Shown: piece after piece, positions 10,183-18,838 of the stretch
How positions within the stretch are numbered: the first letter of the stretch is position 1
Layout of the letters: each line of letters starts with the position of its first letter
Assembly (NCBI GenBank): GCA_027371725.1
Contig: DAHXMN010000001.1
Location: 400-64,399, forward strand
From: Candidatus Woesearchaeota archaeon
GTDB lineage: Archaea > Nanobdellota > Nanobdellia > Woesearchaeales > UBA525
Length of the DNA: 64,000 nt
Direction: 5' to 3'
Program-made: the position numbers and the translations under genes
The notes under the pieces: model-generated
Told to the model about the DNA's origin: nothing
Seen by the model: only the letters and a program-made list of their open reading frames with translations
The model's database searches: none

Positions 10183-10281
10183 TCGACGGTACAGGGAGGG
10201 GGAGTTTTTAAAGACAGTCGAGGACGAATGGATATTTTCGAGTCGACGACCACCCTTCTGTGACATTTCTTCCACCGTCGA
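10183..10281. promoter_or_regulatory. Two bipartite inverted-repeat operators upstream of int
   Basis: TCGACGGT(10183)/ACAGTCGA(10214) and TCGACGAC(10243)/ACCGTCGA(10274), offset by exactly 60 bp. Confidence 0.55.
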
Positions 10282-10310
10282 CACCTAGCTCAGGTATTTA
10301 AAAAGCCCCT

Positions 10311-10326
10311 CTCGGAGAACGTATAT
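10311..10326 (-). promoter_or_regulatory. Element motif copy, 6 nt upstream of a TTTTTAAATA box facing int
   Basis: CTCGGAGAACGTATAT. Other copies start at 8940, 18806, 26929 and 33547; inverted copies end at 30485 and 35914. Confidence 0.65.
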
Positions 10327-10415
10327 CGCGGCGGTGTGTTACCATTTCCGTGACCCTGCCGGGCTACGACGCCGTTGCCTAAGCCCTCTTCTACGATGAC
10401 GACCACTCAGAAAGT

Positions 10416-10562
10416 ATGGTCAAAACGAAGATGCTCGTCATCAGGATCACGGAGAAGCAAGAGCAAACGCTCCGGGAGATGATGCTTACGCTCGGTTTCA
10501 GAAAGAAATCGGAGTACATCCGCTCAGCACTCTTCAAAAACACCGGGGTGACGAAGAAATGA
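10416..10562 (+). CDS. Ribbon-helix-helix (CopG/MobC-like) protein, 48 aa
   Basis: MVKTKMLVIRITEKQEQTLREMMLTLGFRKKSEYIRSAL: beta strand plus S.YIR helix. Below the ORF-track length cutoff. Confidence 0.75.
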   Translation: MVKTKMLVIRITEKQEQTLREMMLTLGFRKKSEYIRSALFKNTGVTKK

Positions 10563-10753
10563 ACGAATTCGAACTCCTCAGGGGCGAACGCCGCAGCTTC
10601 TTCTGTCCGAACAAACTCTGGAAAGAGCTCCTCGCACAGACGGATGACTGCGTTAGCGTTAGCACCTTTATACGACAAGCGATAATTGAGAAGATGTCGA
10701 AGGAATCGCCTGAACGCGAAGAATATTTTCAGAGTCTGCTTACAAGTGATTGA
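10559..10753 (+). CDS. Ribbon-helix-helix protein
   Basis: RRSFFCPNKLWKEL...SVSTFIRQAI pattern; ATGA-coupled to the previous gene. Confidence 0.7.
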   Translation: MNEFELLRGERRSFFCPNKLWKELLAQTDDCVSVSTFIRQAIIEKMSKESPEREEYFQSLLTSD

Positions 10754-10767
10754 GAATAAAACATTCT

Positions 10768-11808
10768 TTATCTTGTTTTAATCTCTCCAATCGTGACAAT
10801 TTCAGGATTTAGTTCTTTGATTGTCTCGGCGATGTCTTTGAGAGTGTTTTTGACAAGATCGCCAGTATTGTTCTTTGCAGTGACTTTATCCATTTCTTGT
10901 TCGAGAACTTTCTCGGATGCTGATTTTCCCACTATGCTCTTTATTTTTTCTAAATCTTTTTCACGGTCATCTAATATATCTGCGAATTTAAGCATCTTTG
11001 CCTGTAGTTTAATTATCTCCGACGGTGTTTTCTTTATTTCGTGAGCATAGTCCTTCGCATCTAGGTCGATTGTCTTCGCGTATAACCTGAATGCATCGGC
11101 CATCTCTTTATAATTTTCTACACCGACGGTGATTGACCCGCCGAAGTATGAAAGTTTCGCAACAATTGTCTTTTTCAGTTCATTCTCGAATGCTTCTTTC
11201 TCCTCGGTCCCTAAGGATGTTTTTTCGGAGAGGTTCTGAAGTGATATGCCGAGTAAAATCGGATTTTCTGTCGTGAAGGTCAACGTTTTCTGTCTTCCAT
11301 CAACAGCAATTCTCACCGAATCGCTGAACGGCTCTATGCTAAGGAGCTTTTTGTAGGAATAGTTATAGCTCTTGAATTGACCAGCATAGATAACTCTTTT
11401 TGAGGTTATATACAAGATTCCTGAGTCGATTTTGCGGAGTTCACCATGTGATTCAGCTTGACCGGAACCCATGTTGAACCACCAGCCCTTTGCAATTCTG
11501 ATACTGTGCCCAGTCCTGACATAATTTCTTATCGCGCGCTCTTCATAGAGGCTTGAAGGTTGGGCATACGTGATAATCTCATCTTTAGGGAGAATCAGCT
11601 TTGCTCGAGCATTCTTGACGTCTTCCTTCATTTCAATATACTTCTCGAATTGCATCACCGGCGATTCTTTCTTTTTTGAGTTGATTGCCCAGCTAACCAA
11701 GTAAATGATAAGACAGATGATGCCTATTGGCCATAAAACAATCAAAAGAATAATGATAAGTATTCTGAGCCAGATATTCAGCCCATCAAACCACGACTTG
11801 AAGGACAT
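10768..11808 (-). CDS. Low-GC membrane-anchored protein with a PH-like domain and coiled coil
   Basis: N-terminal TM hairpin; DSGILYITSKRVIY resembles the G.L.lT.kRl.F strand of PH-like domains. Confidence 0.65.
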   Translation of the reverse strand: MSFKSWFDGLNIWLRILIIILLIVLWPIGIICLIIYLVSWAINSKKKESPVMQFEKYIEMKEDVKNARAKLILPKDEIITYAQPSSLYEERAIRNYVRTGHSIRIAKGWWFNMGSGQAESHGELRKIDSGILYITSKRVIYAGQFKSYNYSYKKLLSIEPFSDSVRIAVDGRQKTLTFTTENPILLGISLQNLSEKTSLGTEEKEAFENELKKTIVAKLSYFGGSITVGVENYKEMADAFRLYAKTIDLDAKDYAHEIKKTPSEIIKLQAKMLKFADILDDREKDLEKIKSIVGKSASEKVLEQEMDKVTAKNNTGDLVKNTLKDIAETIKELNPEIVTIGEIKTR

Positions 11809-11826
11809 GATTTTTGCCTCATCTTG

Positions 11827-12597
11827 TTATTTATAAAACATTTTCTTTTTTGTCATTTTCAGCATCTTTTTGCTCTGTTTTCTTATGGTGACCTCTATCA
11901 CGCCAGTCGTGTTTGCCACCTGTCTCTGTGTTCTCAATTCGCTGTTCTCCTTCGCTGCGAGGTAGAGGGCTGCCGCTACGATGGTCTCGGGGCGTTGTCC
12001 CCTACTCTTTTGCCGCTCTACAATCTCGGCGGCCCGGCTGATGGTCTCTGCTTTGAGTTCAAGGCGTGAGCCGAAGCGCTGGACGAGATCTACGGGCTTA
12101 ATCGGGCTCAAGCGCAGGCCGAGCCCCCTAGTGAGGAGTCTGTAGGCTCTGAGCATCTTCGTCTTGCTGACGCTGCTGTAGGCCGTAATCTCCAGCGGTG
12201 TCTTGGGGATGTCGTGGAGGAGACAGGCGGCGTAGACGCTCGCGTAGAGGAGGCTCTGGTTGTCCCGTCCCCGATTGAGGCCTTTCTCGGCTGCTTGGGT
12301 GAAGATGAGGAAGGACTCGGTGGTAATCCGGTCTGGGAGCTTGAGCTTGCCCGTCAGGAGGCTAATCTGTGCCTTGGCGGCCTGGAGGTTCTTCTGCTTC
12401 GTGCTGAAGAGCCAGGCGGTTTTGACAATCCTGCCATCGTATTGGAACGTTCCGGCTGTCGCTACAGCGGGCTGCGCAGGGCGGTTTATTTCGCCTTGGT
12501 GCTCGGTTGGGCTGTCTTCGGTGATGAGGCCGCAGGCTATGCAGACGACCTCGTATCCGGCTTCTTTGAGGGTTCCGCCGCATTCAGGGCATCTCAT
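11827..12597 (-). CDS. tfb: Element-encoded transcription factor B (TFB/TFIIB) homolog
   Basis: CPECG...C..CG zinc ribbon, two cyclin repeats (GLNRGR; AAALYLAA), C-terminal HTH TQRQVA..GVIEVTIR. The B-reader is degenerate. Confidence 0.92.
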   Translation of the reverse strand: MRCPECGGTLKEAGYEVVCIACGLITEDSPTEHQGEINRPAQPAVATAGTFQYDGRIVKTAWLFSTKQKNLQAAKAQISLLTGKLKLPDRITTESFLIFTQAAEKGLNRGRDNQSLLYASVYAACLLHDIPKTPLEITAYSSVSKTKMLRAYRLLTRGLGLRLSPIKPVDLVQRFGSRLELKAETISRAAEIVERQKSRGQRPETIVAAALYLAAKENSELRTQRQVANTTGVIEVTIRKQSKKMLKMTKKKMFYK

Positions 12598-12839
12598 GAT
12601 TCCACCTCCTCCGTGAAGTACAGGAGCACTGGCATGATCTTCTTTTCGTGGAGTTCCTTGACCCTTGCCAGTGCCTGTTCGACGCTGAGGCAGAGCTCCA
12701 TCTTGTAGCCTACCGGCTTGTCCCCTTCGAAAAGGTTCCTGATGGGCTTCTTCAGGTCTATTCTTCGTCTTCTATCGTTGTAGAAGACCTTGCCAGCGAC
12801 GCTGATAATTTTATCCTGCGTGGTGACTGGCTGCTGCAT
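12594..12839 (-). CDS. Small protein, possibly AbrB-like
   Basis: GKVFYNDRRRRIDLKKPIRNLF resembles a swapped-hairpin domain; coupled to tfb. Confidence 0.55.
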   Translation of the reverse strand: MQQPVTTQDKIISVAGKVFYNDRRRRIDLKKPIRNLFEGDKPVGYKMELCLSVEQALARVKELHEKKIMPVLLYFTEEVES

Positions 12840-13065
12840 ACAACACCCCCTTTGGCTTGTTGCTGTTGTTGCACTCCCAGCCGAATCAGAATTCACACAC
12901 TAGGTGTTATTCTGCCTCCGGCGGGGACACGGATGCACTTAGCCTAGTACGGCAAGCGCATATCCCGGGGCTCGCAGCCGTAGCTAACACGGTGCTTCCA
13001 GAATTCGATGCCATTCGTGTTAGCCATAATAATCACTCCTTTGGAATGGTAGTAATTCGTTCCCC

Positions 13066-13079
13066 TATATAAATTTTCG
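13066..13079 (-). promoter_or_regulatory. Canonical BRE-TATA promoter of the tfb operon
   Basis: Minus strand reads CGAAAA-TTTATATA. Confidence 0.6.
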
Positions 13080-13106
13080 CCGCCGTTGTCCGAAAGATTT
13101 TCGGAT

Positions 13107-13220
13107 TCACTTGATTCGCTCCCAGCCGGACTGATCCTGCTGTGCGAGCCATGCTTCGAACTCTTCAGCGGTTACCACGAACCATTTCTCCATACGTTCC
13201 GGTTGCTTGTTCTGGTTCAT
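13107..13220 (-). CDS. 37-aa hypothetical protein
   Basis: MNQNKQPERMEKWFVVTAEEFEAWLAQQDQSGWERIK, preceded by a GAGGTGA SD. Confidence 0.5.
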   Translation of the reverse strand: MNQNKQPERMEKWFVVTAEEFEAWLAQQDQSGWERIK

Positions 13221-13264
13221 ATGTGTTCACCTCGTTCCGACGAAGGATTTTCGCGCCCCCGACG

Positions 13265-13380
13265 ATTAGGACCCTATATTGGAGCCAATGGTGCCCGAAT
13301 TCGACGTTTATAGCCAGTATTAGGACCCTAAATCCGCCCATAATGTATGTTCTCCCTTACCGGGAGGTTTGGGTCCTAAT
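13265..13380. repeat. ATTAGGACCC(TA) repeats: two direct, one inverted
   Basis: Copies at 13265-13276 and 13319-13330; reverse copy at 13371-13380. Confidence 0.7.
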
Positions 13381-16305
13381 GAACTCCTGGAGTTCGGTGC
13401 GGACGAGGAGGCGGACGCCCGGAGCGATGCGCTCGTAGTGCGGTCTGAAATCGCTGTCCGCGAGGATGATGACGAGTCGCTTCCCGTATTGGTTCTTGAG
13501 TTCTGCGAACTTCTTTTCAAGTCGAGATTTGTGCTTCTTGAATCCGAGACCAGTTTCTACCTCTACCGCGATCTCTTTTCCGGCCTTGTTCTTGAAGAGC
13601 AGGTCGACTTTGTCAGTCACGCTCACGTCAACTGCAAGCCCGCGTTTCATGAGTTCGTCTTTGAGGTTTAGAACGATGAACGTATGCTCTGGGCTCTCAA
13701 TGTTGTTGTCCTTAATCCAGCATTCTTCCTGGCGCGGCTTCCCAATCGGCATGAACATTCCTGGCGAGTAGCCTTGATTGGTGAGGAAATTCTTCTCATC
13801 TATGGTGAGATCTGCACCGTAGTAGAGCCCTTGCTTCGGATCAAGGGTGATGTTGACCTCGCGCCGCTCATCGGGAACGACTTTGCTCTCAGATTCGTTC
13901 GGGTTCGTGGTGACCAGAAGGTGCTCTTTCTCGGATGCGATGACGGTGAGTTCCTGGTGGTCGTTGTCCAGAATCAAGATGCCCCTGCCTTGCGTGGCGG
14001 TAAGGAGGTATTCGCGTTCCGGGTTGCTCAGATGGAACGTTCTGACGACCGAATCGATGATCGCGGCTTTCTGGCGGAGGAGGAAGCTGTAGCTGCTGTT
14101 CGCAAGGACTGCGTGTCCCGCGCCGCTGTTGATGAGGTCAGCCACATCCTGCGTGATGAGCAGGAGGCCCATGTTGAACTTTCGGCACGTCTTGACAATC
14201 TCGAAGAGGTAGCTCGCTTCTTCTGTGTGGCTGAGGAGGCTCCACGCTTCGTCCACCACCAGGAGTTTTTTGCCGGGGCGGCGCTTCATGGTCATGTAGG
14301 CGTAGTCCAGGATGAGGAACATGACGACGGGCTTGACTTGCTTGGGCATATCCCCTATGTTGAAGCAGACGAAGTCCTTGCCGTAGTTGATGTTGCTCTG
14401 CTTGTTCAGGAAGCCGAAGACACCCTCGGTGTAGAGGTAGAGGCGGTTGATGAGCGCCCGGTACGTGACCTTCTCAGACTGCGCCGCCTGGGAGTCCATG
14501 CTCACGAGAGTGTGGTACAGGTCGCCCAGGATTGGCGGCTTCTTGTTCTTGTACACGTCAGCCGTGATGCCCTTCTTGGCGTAGGTGACGTTGACTGCCC
14601 GGTCCAGGATGCTCTTCTGGATCTCGCTGAGCTCGCCGAACATGATTCGGAACAAGTCCATGAGCGCCAGGCGTTTTTCGACGTAATCGTGGCCCATGAG
14701 GTCGAGGGGGTTGATGATGGTCGCGCTGGTTCGGCTTATGGTGACGTGCTCGCCGCCACAGGCCTGGACGAGCCCTGCATACTCGCCTTGCGGGTCCACG
14801 ACCGTGACGCACGTGCCGTTCATGAGCTGGCGGCTGATCATGAGCTTGGTGAAGTAGCTCTTTCCTGCACCACTGGTGGCGAGGACGATGCCGTTCGCGT
14901 TGCTCAGGCTGAATAGGTCCTTGATGTAGGGCACCCCGTTCTTGTTCAGGCCGAGGAGGGTTCCGGTCTCCTCCATGGTGAGGAAGGGGCTGGTGCATGG
15001 GAAGAACGCGCTCAGAGCCCCGGTGGTGACGTTGCGTTTGAGGCCGAGCCAATCCTTGCCCAGGGGCATCATGGCTTTGTACGCCGCTGCCTGGCGAAAC
15101 AGGGGCGTTGTCGGGATAATCATGATGCTCTGGAGCTCTGCCTCTACTTTGCGGGTCAGGAGGTCCAGGTCGGCCTTATTCGCGGCTTTACACGCGATTA
15201 AGAGGCTGACATTGAAGAGCTTCTCCTCGCCCTTCTGGAGCGCCTCGAGGACCTTGAGGGTGTCCTTGTACTTAATCTCCAGGGAGGGGTTGACGCTGTG
15301 GTGCTGTTCCTCCGCATACAGGTCGGCTCGTTGCTTCTGGAGCTCCCGGTTCAGGAGGACCATCGTTGATTCGATGGTGAATGGCTCAATCTGGATGCTC
15401 AGGTCGTAGTTCTCATTGCTGCTGATGAGCTTGTCCAGGAAGCCACTTTCCACGAGGCGCGGGTACCCGTCAGCCGCGATGACCCTGATGAGCTGGCCGT
15501 CGACTTGGAGGTGGTCGATGTTGTCCCTGACCCTGCCTGGCGCCAGGAGGTAGTGGAGGCCGGAAACCCCGATCGGAGGCTCCCGGTCCGACGCCCGGTA
15601 GTATCGCTTGAGCATCTCCAGTAGCGCCTTGTCGTTCAGCCGGACGGCGTGCAGGCCGAGCCCTTTGAGTCGGTCAAGGCAGACCCTGCATTGGATGTCC
15701 AAGCTGCTCCGTTCCGGGATGATGAGGTAGAACTCCCGGTTGCGTTGCGTCGCCATCCGGCTCTTCGTGAACGCGGCGAACTCGTCATAGAGCGTCTCGT
15801 TCTTCGTCCGTTTCTTGAGGCTCTCCAGGTAGGGTTCGAGACTGAGCTCTTGCGTCGTCACGATGAACTGGACGGGGAACTCGAGGCTATTCAGGAACTT
15901 CTGGAACCCGATGATAATCGACTCCTGTTCTTCATTCGTTTTGATCCCGAAGTTCAAGGGCGTAATCCGAAGCAGGGCGACCTTCTCTTCGGAGACGATG
16001 GTGTTGTTCTCAATCTTCTTGACCGGGACGAGGCGCTCCATCCGCTTCGTGCCGAGACGGGACTCGCGGAACTGGAGGTATCGGGAGGCGTTCCGCAGCC
16101 AGATGCCGAGGTCGAAGAAGATGAACATCATTCCCAGGACGAAGGGGATGATGGCGAGGCAGAGCTTCAGGTCCATGCTCAGATTGCTCGTCAGGACCAT
16201 CAGGGTGAGGGTGCCGAAGAGGGCTGCCCAGCCGAGTTGGACGAAGGTCAAGCCGAACATGATGCGCTCTTTGTGCTGGAGTTGCTGGGGAATTTCGTAG
16301 GCCAT
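13357..16305 (-). CDS. virB4: PrgI-VirB4 fusion ATPase with a C-terminal PD-(D/E)XK-like domain
   Basis: PrgI-like YEIPQQL..ERIMFGLT plus 2 TM; Walker A ATSGAGKS; DPQGEY; Walker B VVDEAW; CRKFN/ITQ. C-terminal H...VDLL...AVEVETG. Confidence 0.9.
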   Translation of the reverse strand: MAYEIPQQLQHKERIMFGLTFVQLGWAALFGTLTLMVLTSNLSMDLKLCLAIIPFVLGMMFIFFDLGIWLRNASRYLQFRESRLGTKRMERLVPVKKIENNTIVSEEKVALLRITPLNFGIKTNEEQESIIIGFQKFLNSLEFPVQFIVTTQELSLEPYLESLKKRTKNETLYDEFAAFTKSRMATQRNREFYLIIPERSSLDIQCRVCLDRLKGLGLHAVRLNDKALLEMLKRYYRASDREPPIGVSGLHYLLAPGRVRDNIDHLQVDGQLIRVIAADGYPRLVESGFLDKLISSNENYDLSIQIEPFTIESTMVLLNRELQKQRADLYAEEQHHSVNPSLEIKYKDTLKVLEALQKGEEKLFNVSLLIACKAANKADLDLLTRKVEAELQSIMIIPTTPLFRQAAAYKAMMPLGKDWLGLKRNVTTGALSAFFPCTSPFLTMEETGTLLGLNKNGVPYIKDLFSLSNANGIVLATSGAGKSYFTKLMISRQLMNGTCVTVVDPQGEYAGLVQACGGEHVTISRTSATIINPLDLMGHDYVEKRLALMDLFRIMFGELSEIQKSILDRAVNVTYAKKGITADVYKNKKPPILGDLYHTLVSMDSQAAQSEKVTYRALINRLYLYTEGVFGFLNKQSNINYGKDFVCFNIGDMPKQVKPVVMFLILDYAYMTMKRRPGKKLLVVDEAWSLLSHTEEASYLFEIVKTCRKFNMGLLLITQDVADLINSGAGHAVLANSSYSFLLRQKAAIIDSVVRTFHLSNPEREYLLTATQGRGILILDNDHQELTVIASEKEHLLVTTNPNESESKVVPDERREVNITLDPKQGLYYGADLTIDEKNFLTNQGYSPGMFMPIGKPRQEECWIKDNNIESPEHTFIVLNLKDELMKRGLAVDVSVTDKVDLLFKNKAGKEIAVEVETGLGFKKHKSRLEKKFAELKNQYGKRLVIILADSDFRPHYERIAPGVRLLVRTELQEFIRTQTSR

Positions 16306-16306
16306 G

Positions 16307-18331
16307 TTACATCATCGCTCCAATGTATTTTGCCGCTTGCATCATGCTCTGGGCCCCGTCGCTCATTCCGGACTTGGTCACGATGTGCTTGGCGAGCAGG
16401 AGGAATAGGAGGTCGATCATGAGGAAGCAGGTGATCATGACGACGATCTTGTACCCGGCAAAGAGGGGTAGGCTAATCATCTGGCTGCAGCCGAGGATGA
16501 TGACTGCGTCCAGGAACGTGACGAAGATGCACAGCCCCAGGAGATTCATGATGAGGTGGCCGTAGCTCCGTAGCGGTGGCATGAAGTAGCAGAACACCCC
16601 GATGGGTGCGAAGAGGACGCCGAACGCCACGATGAGGTAGCGCATGGCCAGGAAGAGCATCGTCACCAGCAAGACCAAGGCATACAGCCCGACCAGGAGG
16701 AGTTCCAAGCCGATGTTGCTGATGTTGTCCGCTGTCAGGAGGAAGAACTGCGGATTGACCAGGCTGAGAACTGCCTGGGTCATGAGGCCGCCGATATCGA
16801 CGATGAGTCCGTAGAGGTAGTAGCTGGCTTGGACGAGGACGATCATGATGACGGTGTTTTTGAGCCATTCCTTGGCCATTTCCCGCTTCAGGACGTTGTG
16901 GCCGCTGGTGAGGAACTGGTACCCGGCATAGAGGAACAGGAACCCGTAGAAGAGGCTCAGGCAGTAGACGATGATTACCCAGACGCCCTGGAAGAGGCTG
17001 ATGCTCGGGGAGGCCTCCAATAAGTCCTTTACGAGGCTCAGAAGCGGCTCCAGCGGGGCGTTGATGATGCTCAGGAGGAAGCTGTAGAGCGCCCCTGGGA
17101 GGCAACTGCCGAGGTTTGTGAGGCCACAATCCTCCGCCCGGACCATCGGCAAGGCCAAGAGGACGCCGAGGCCGATTCCGGGGAGCTTCCGCCAGTACTT
17201 ACGGGAAACCCGGTACGCGGCGACCAGGATGCCCGCGATGACGGCCATTTTGAGGATGAAGACCCAATCTACGGTGACGCTGGGCGGGGTGAACGCCGCG
17301 CTGGGAGGGGCTGAGAGGTTCTGGGCGCAGGGCTTGGTCTGGTTCGTGAAGAAGTCCTCAGCCCTGACCGTGCAGTTTGAGGCATTCGGCACGAAGAACG
17401 TCCCGTTGTACCAGCGGAGGTTCTGCGCCGTTTGGACCTCGAGCTTCTCCGCGTGAAGCTCCAGGAGGTAGAAGGGCTTCTTCGTGAAGTTCGCCGTGTA
17501 CACCCATTCCGTGGCGGAGTAGTTGCTTTGCCCCATGCTGAGCCAGACGCTCGTATTCGCATCATGGACCAGGAACGCCTTCGTAGTGCCCGAGTAGTTC
17601 GTGGCTAGGGTGAATGTGGCGTTCAGGGCGTGGCGGTCATACGTCGTGTTGAGGCTGTCGTTCAGGAGGAGGGTGTCCGTCGTGTAGTTTGTCTTGGTCT
17701 TTGGGCAGCGCCAGCAGTACCGGACGCAGACGCCGTTCCGGGTTCGACAGCAGTACTTCTGCCAGGTGTAGTAGTCGTTCTTGATTGTGGCACGGATGCT
17801 CAACTCCTCTCTGATATTCGCGTCAAAGATCAGGATGTTGATCGGGACGACTTTTCCGGTGCCCATCGTGATGTTGTTCGCCTTCGTTGTGAGGGTGCTC
17901 GTGTTCTCGGTGAGGTAGTGGAGTATCTTGCACGTTGCCCCATTGCTCTGCGAAGGATTAGTGTAATTTGCTGGCACCTTGATCCAGTAGCTCGCCTCGG
18001 AACGGACGGCCACCTTGGCCGGACAGTAGCGAGTCTTGTTGAGCAGGACGCTCGGCTGGATTGTCAAGAGGGCGACCCAGGCATCCATGATGACACCCTT
18101 CTGAATTTTAGTATAACCGAACGGCGCATTGTTGACGACGATGCCCTGATTGTAGGCGGCGATGGCTGCGTGGTCCGGGTGACTCGTGTTCGTGTAGATT
18201 AGGTTGGCGATGAGGTCTTCATTCACCGTCAAAGCGGCGAGGCAGTTCGTCTGGTTCTGGAAGTAGCTGCAGTTGAAGGCAGCGGTAGCTGGGACGAAAG
18301 CGAGAAATAAAAGGAGAAAAAGAGGTTTCAT
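16307..18331 (-). CDS. Secreted Cys-rich domain fused to a VirB6/TrbL-like polytopic membrane domain
   Basis: Signal peptide, many NxT sequons and Cys, then about 7 TM helices (RYLIVAFGVLFAPIG). Lies between the pilin and virB4. Confidence 0.7.
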   Translation of the reverse strand: MKPLFLLLFLAFVPATAAFNCSYFQNQTNCLAALTVNEDLIANLIYTNTSHPDHAAIAAYNQGIVVNNAPFGYTKIQKGVIMDAWVALLTIQPSVLLNKTRYCPAKVAVRSEASYWIKVPANYTNPSQSNGATCKILHYLTENTSTLTTKANNITMGTGKVVPINILIFDANIREELSIRATIKNDYYTWQKYCCRTRNGVCVRYCWRCPKTKTNYTTDTLLLNDSLNTTYDRHALNATFTLATNYSGTTKAFLVHDANTSVWLSMGQSNYSATEWVYTANFTKKPFYLLELHAEKLEVQTAQNLRWYNGTFFVPNASNCTVRAEDFFTNQTKPCAQNLSAPPSAAFTPPSVTVDWVFILKMAVIAGILVAAYRVSRKYWRKLPGIGLGVLLALPMVRAEDCGLTNLGSCLPGALYSFLLSIINAPLEPLLSLVKDLLEASPSISLFQGVWVIIVYCLSLFYGFLFLYAGYQFLTSGHNVLKREMAKEWLKNTVIMIVLVQASYYLYGLIVDIGGLMTQAVLSLVNPQFFLLTADNISNIGLELLLVGLYALVLLVTMLFLAMRYLIVAFGVLFAPIGVFCYFMPPLRSYGHLIMNLLGLCIFVTFLDAVIILGCSQMISLPLFAGYKIVVMITCFLMIDLLFLLLAKHIVTKSGMSDGAQSMMQAAKYIGAMM

Positions 18332-18651
18332 CCGACCAGGTATTGCACGACGAGCGGTGCAACCCAGATGATGATGAGGCCCACCACGATGTACCCCGCC
18401 ATGGTCTTGGCGGACTCGCGTTTGGCCGTGTCGTCGCCGCTCATGATGAACGTGACACCCGCAAAGACGAGGAACAGCACGGCAAGGACCGTGGCCGCGT
18501 ACTTCACGAAGTTGTACACCTTCATCACAGGGCTCAATATCTGGTCGAACGTCGCTTGGTCCTGGGGCGAGATCGTCTGATTGAACTCGACCGCCATGAC
18601 GAGCGGCGTGATGCTCAGGAAGAGCATCACCAACAGCAAGGCAGTTTTCAT
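18328..18651 (-). CDS. VirB2/TrbC-like pilin
   Basis: Signal peptide plus two hydrophobic helices with an SGDD.AKRESAK linker; GGAGG SD. Confidence 0.8.
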   Translation of the reverse strand: MKTALLLVMLFLSITPLVMAVEFNQTISPQDQATFDQILSPVMKVYNFVKYAATVLAVLFLVFAGVTFIMSGDDTAKRESAKTMAGYIVVGLIIIWVAPLVVQYLVG

Positions 18652-18770
18652 TCTTGGCACCTCCGCGCTTCGAATGCCTCGAGACTACCGTACTTCCACT
18701 CGATGAAGGTGCGGCACGACTCGCACAGCTCCTCCTCGGGTGTGTCCTTCAGGCATAAGACGCAAATCAT
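18648..18770 (-). CDS. 40-aa zinc-finger protein
   Basis: MICVLCLKDTPEEELCESCRTF... (CxxC-x9-CxxC); its stop overlaps the pilin ATG. Confidence 0.7.
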   Translation of the reverse strand: MICVLCLKDTPEEELCESCRTFIEWKYGSLEAFEARRCQE

Positions 18771-18838
18771 GCTAGAACAAGGCGCCTGAAAAGCCTAGAA
18801 AGGATGTCGGAGAACGTATTACATCGTTTGATGTTAGC

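Noticed and set aside
8910..10253. SSV-type split integrase or provirus
   Set aside because: The integrase is intact and outside att; no capsid, terminase or packaging ATPase was recognised.
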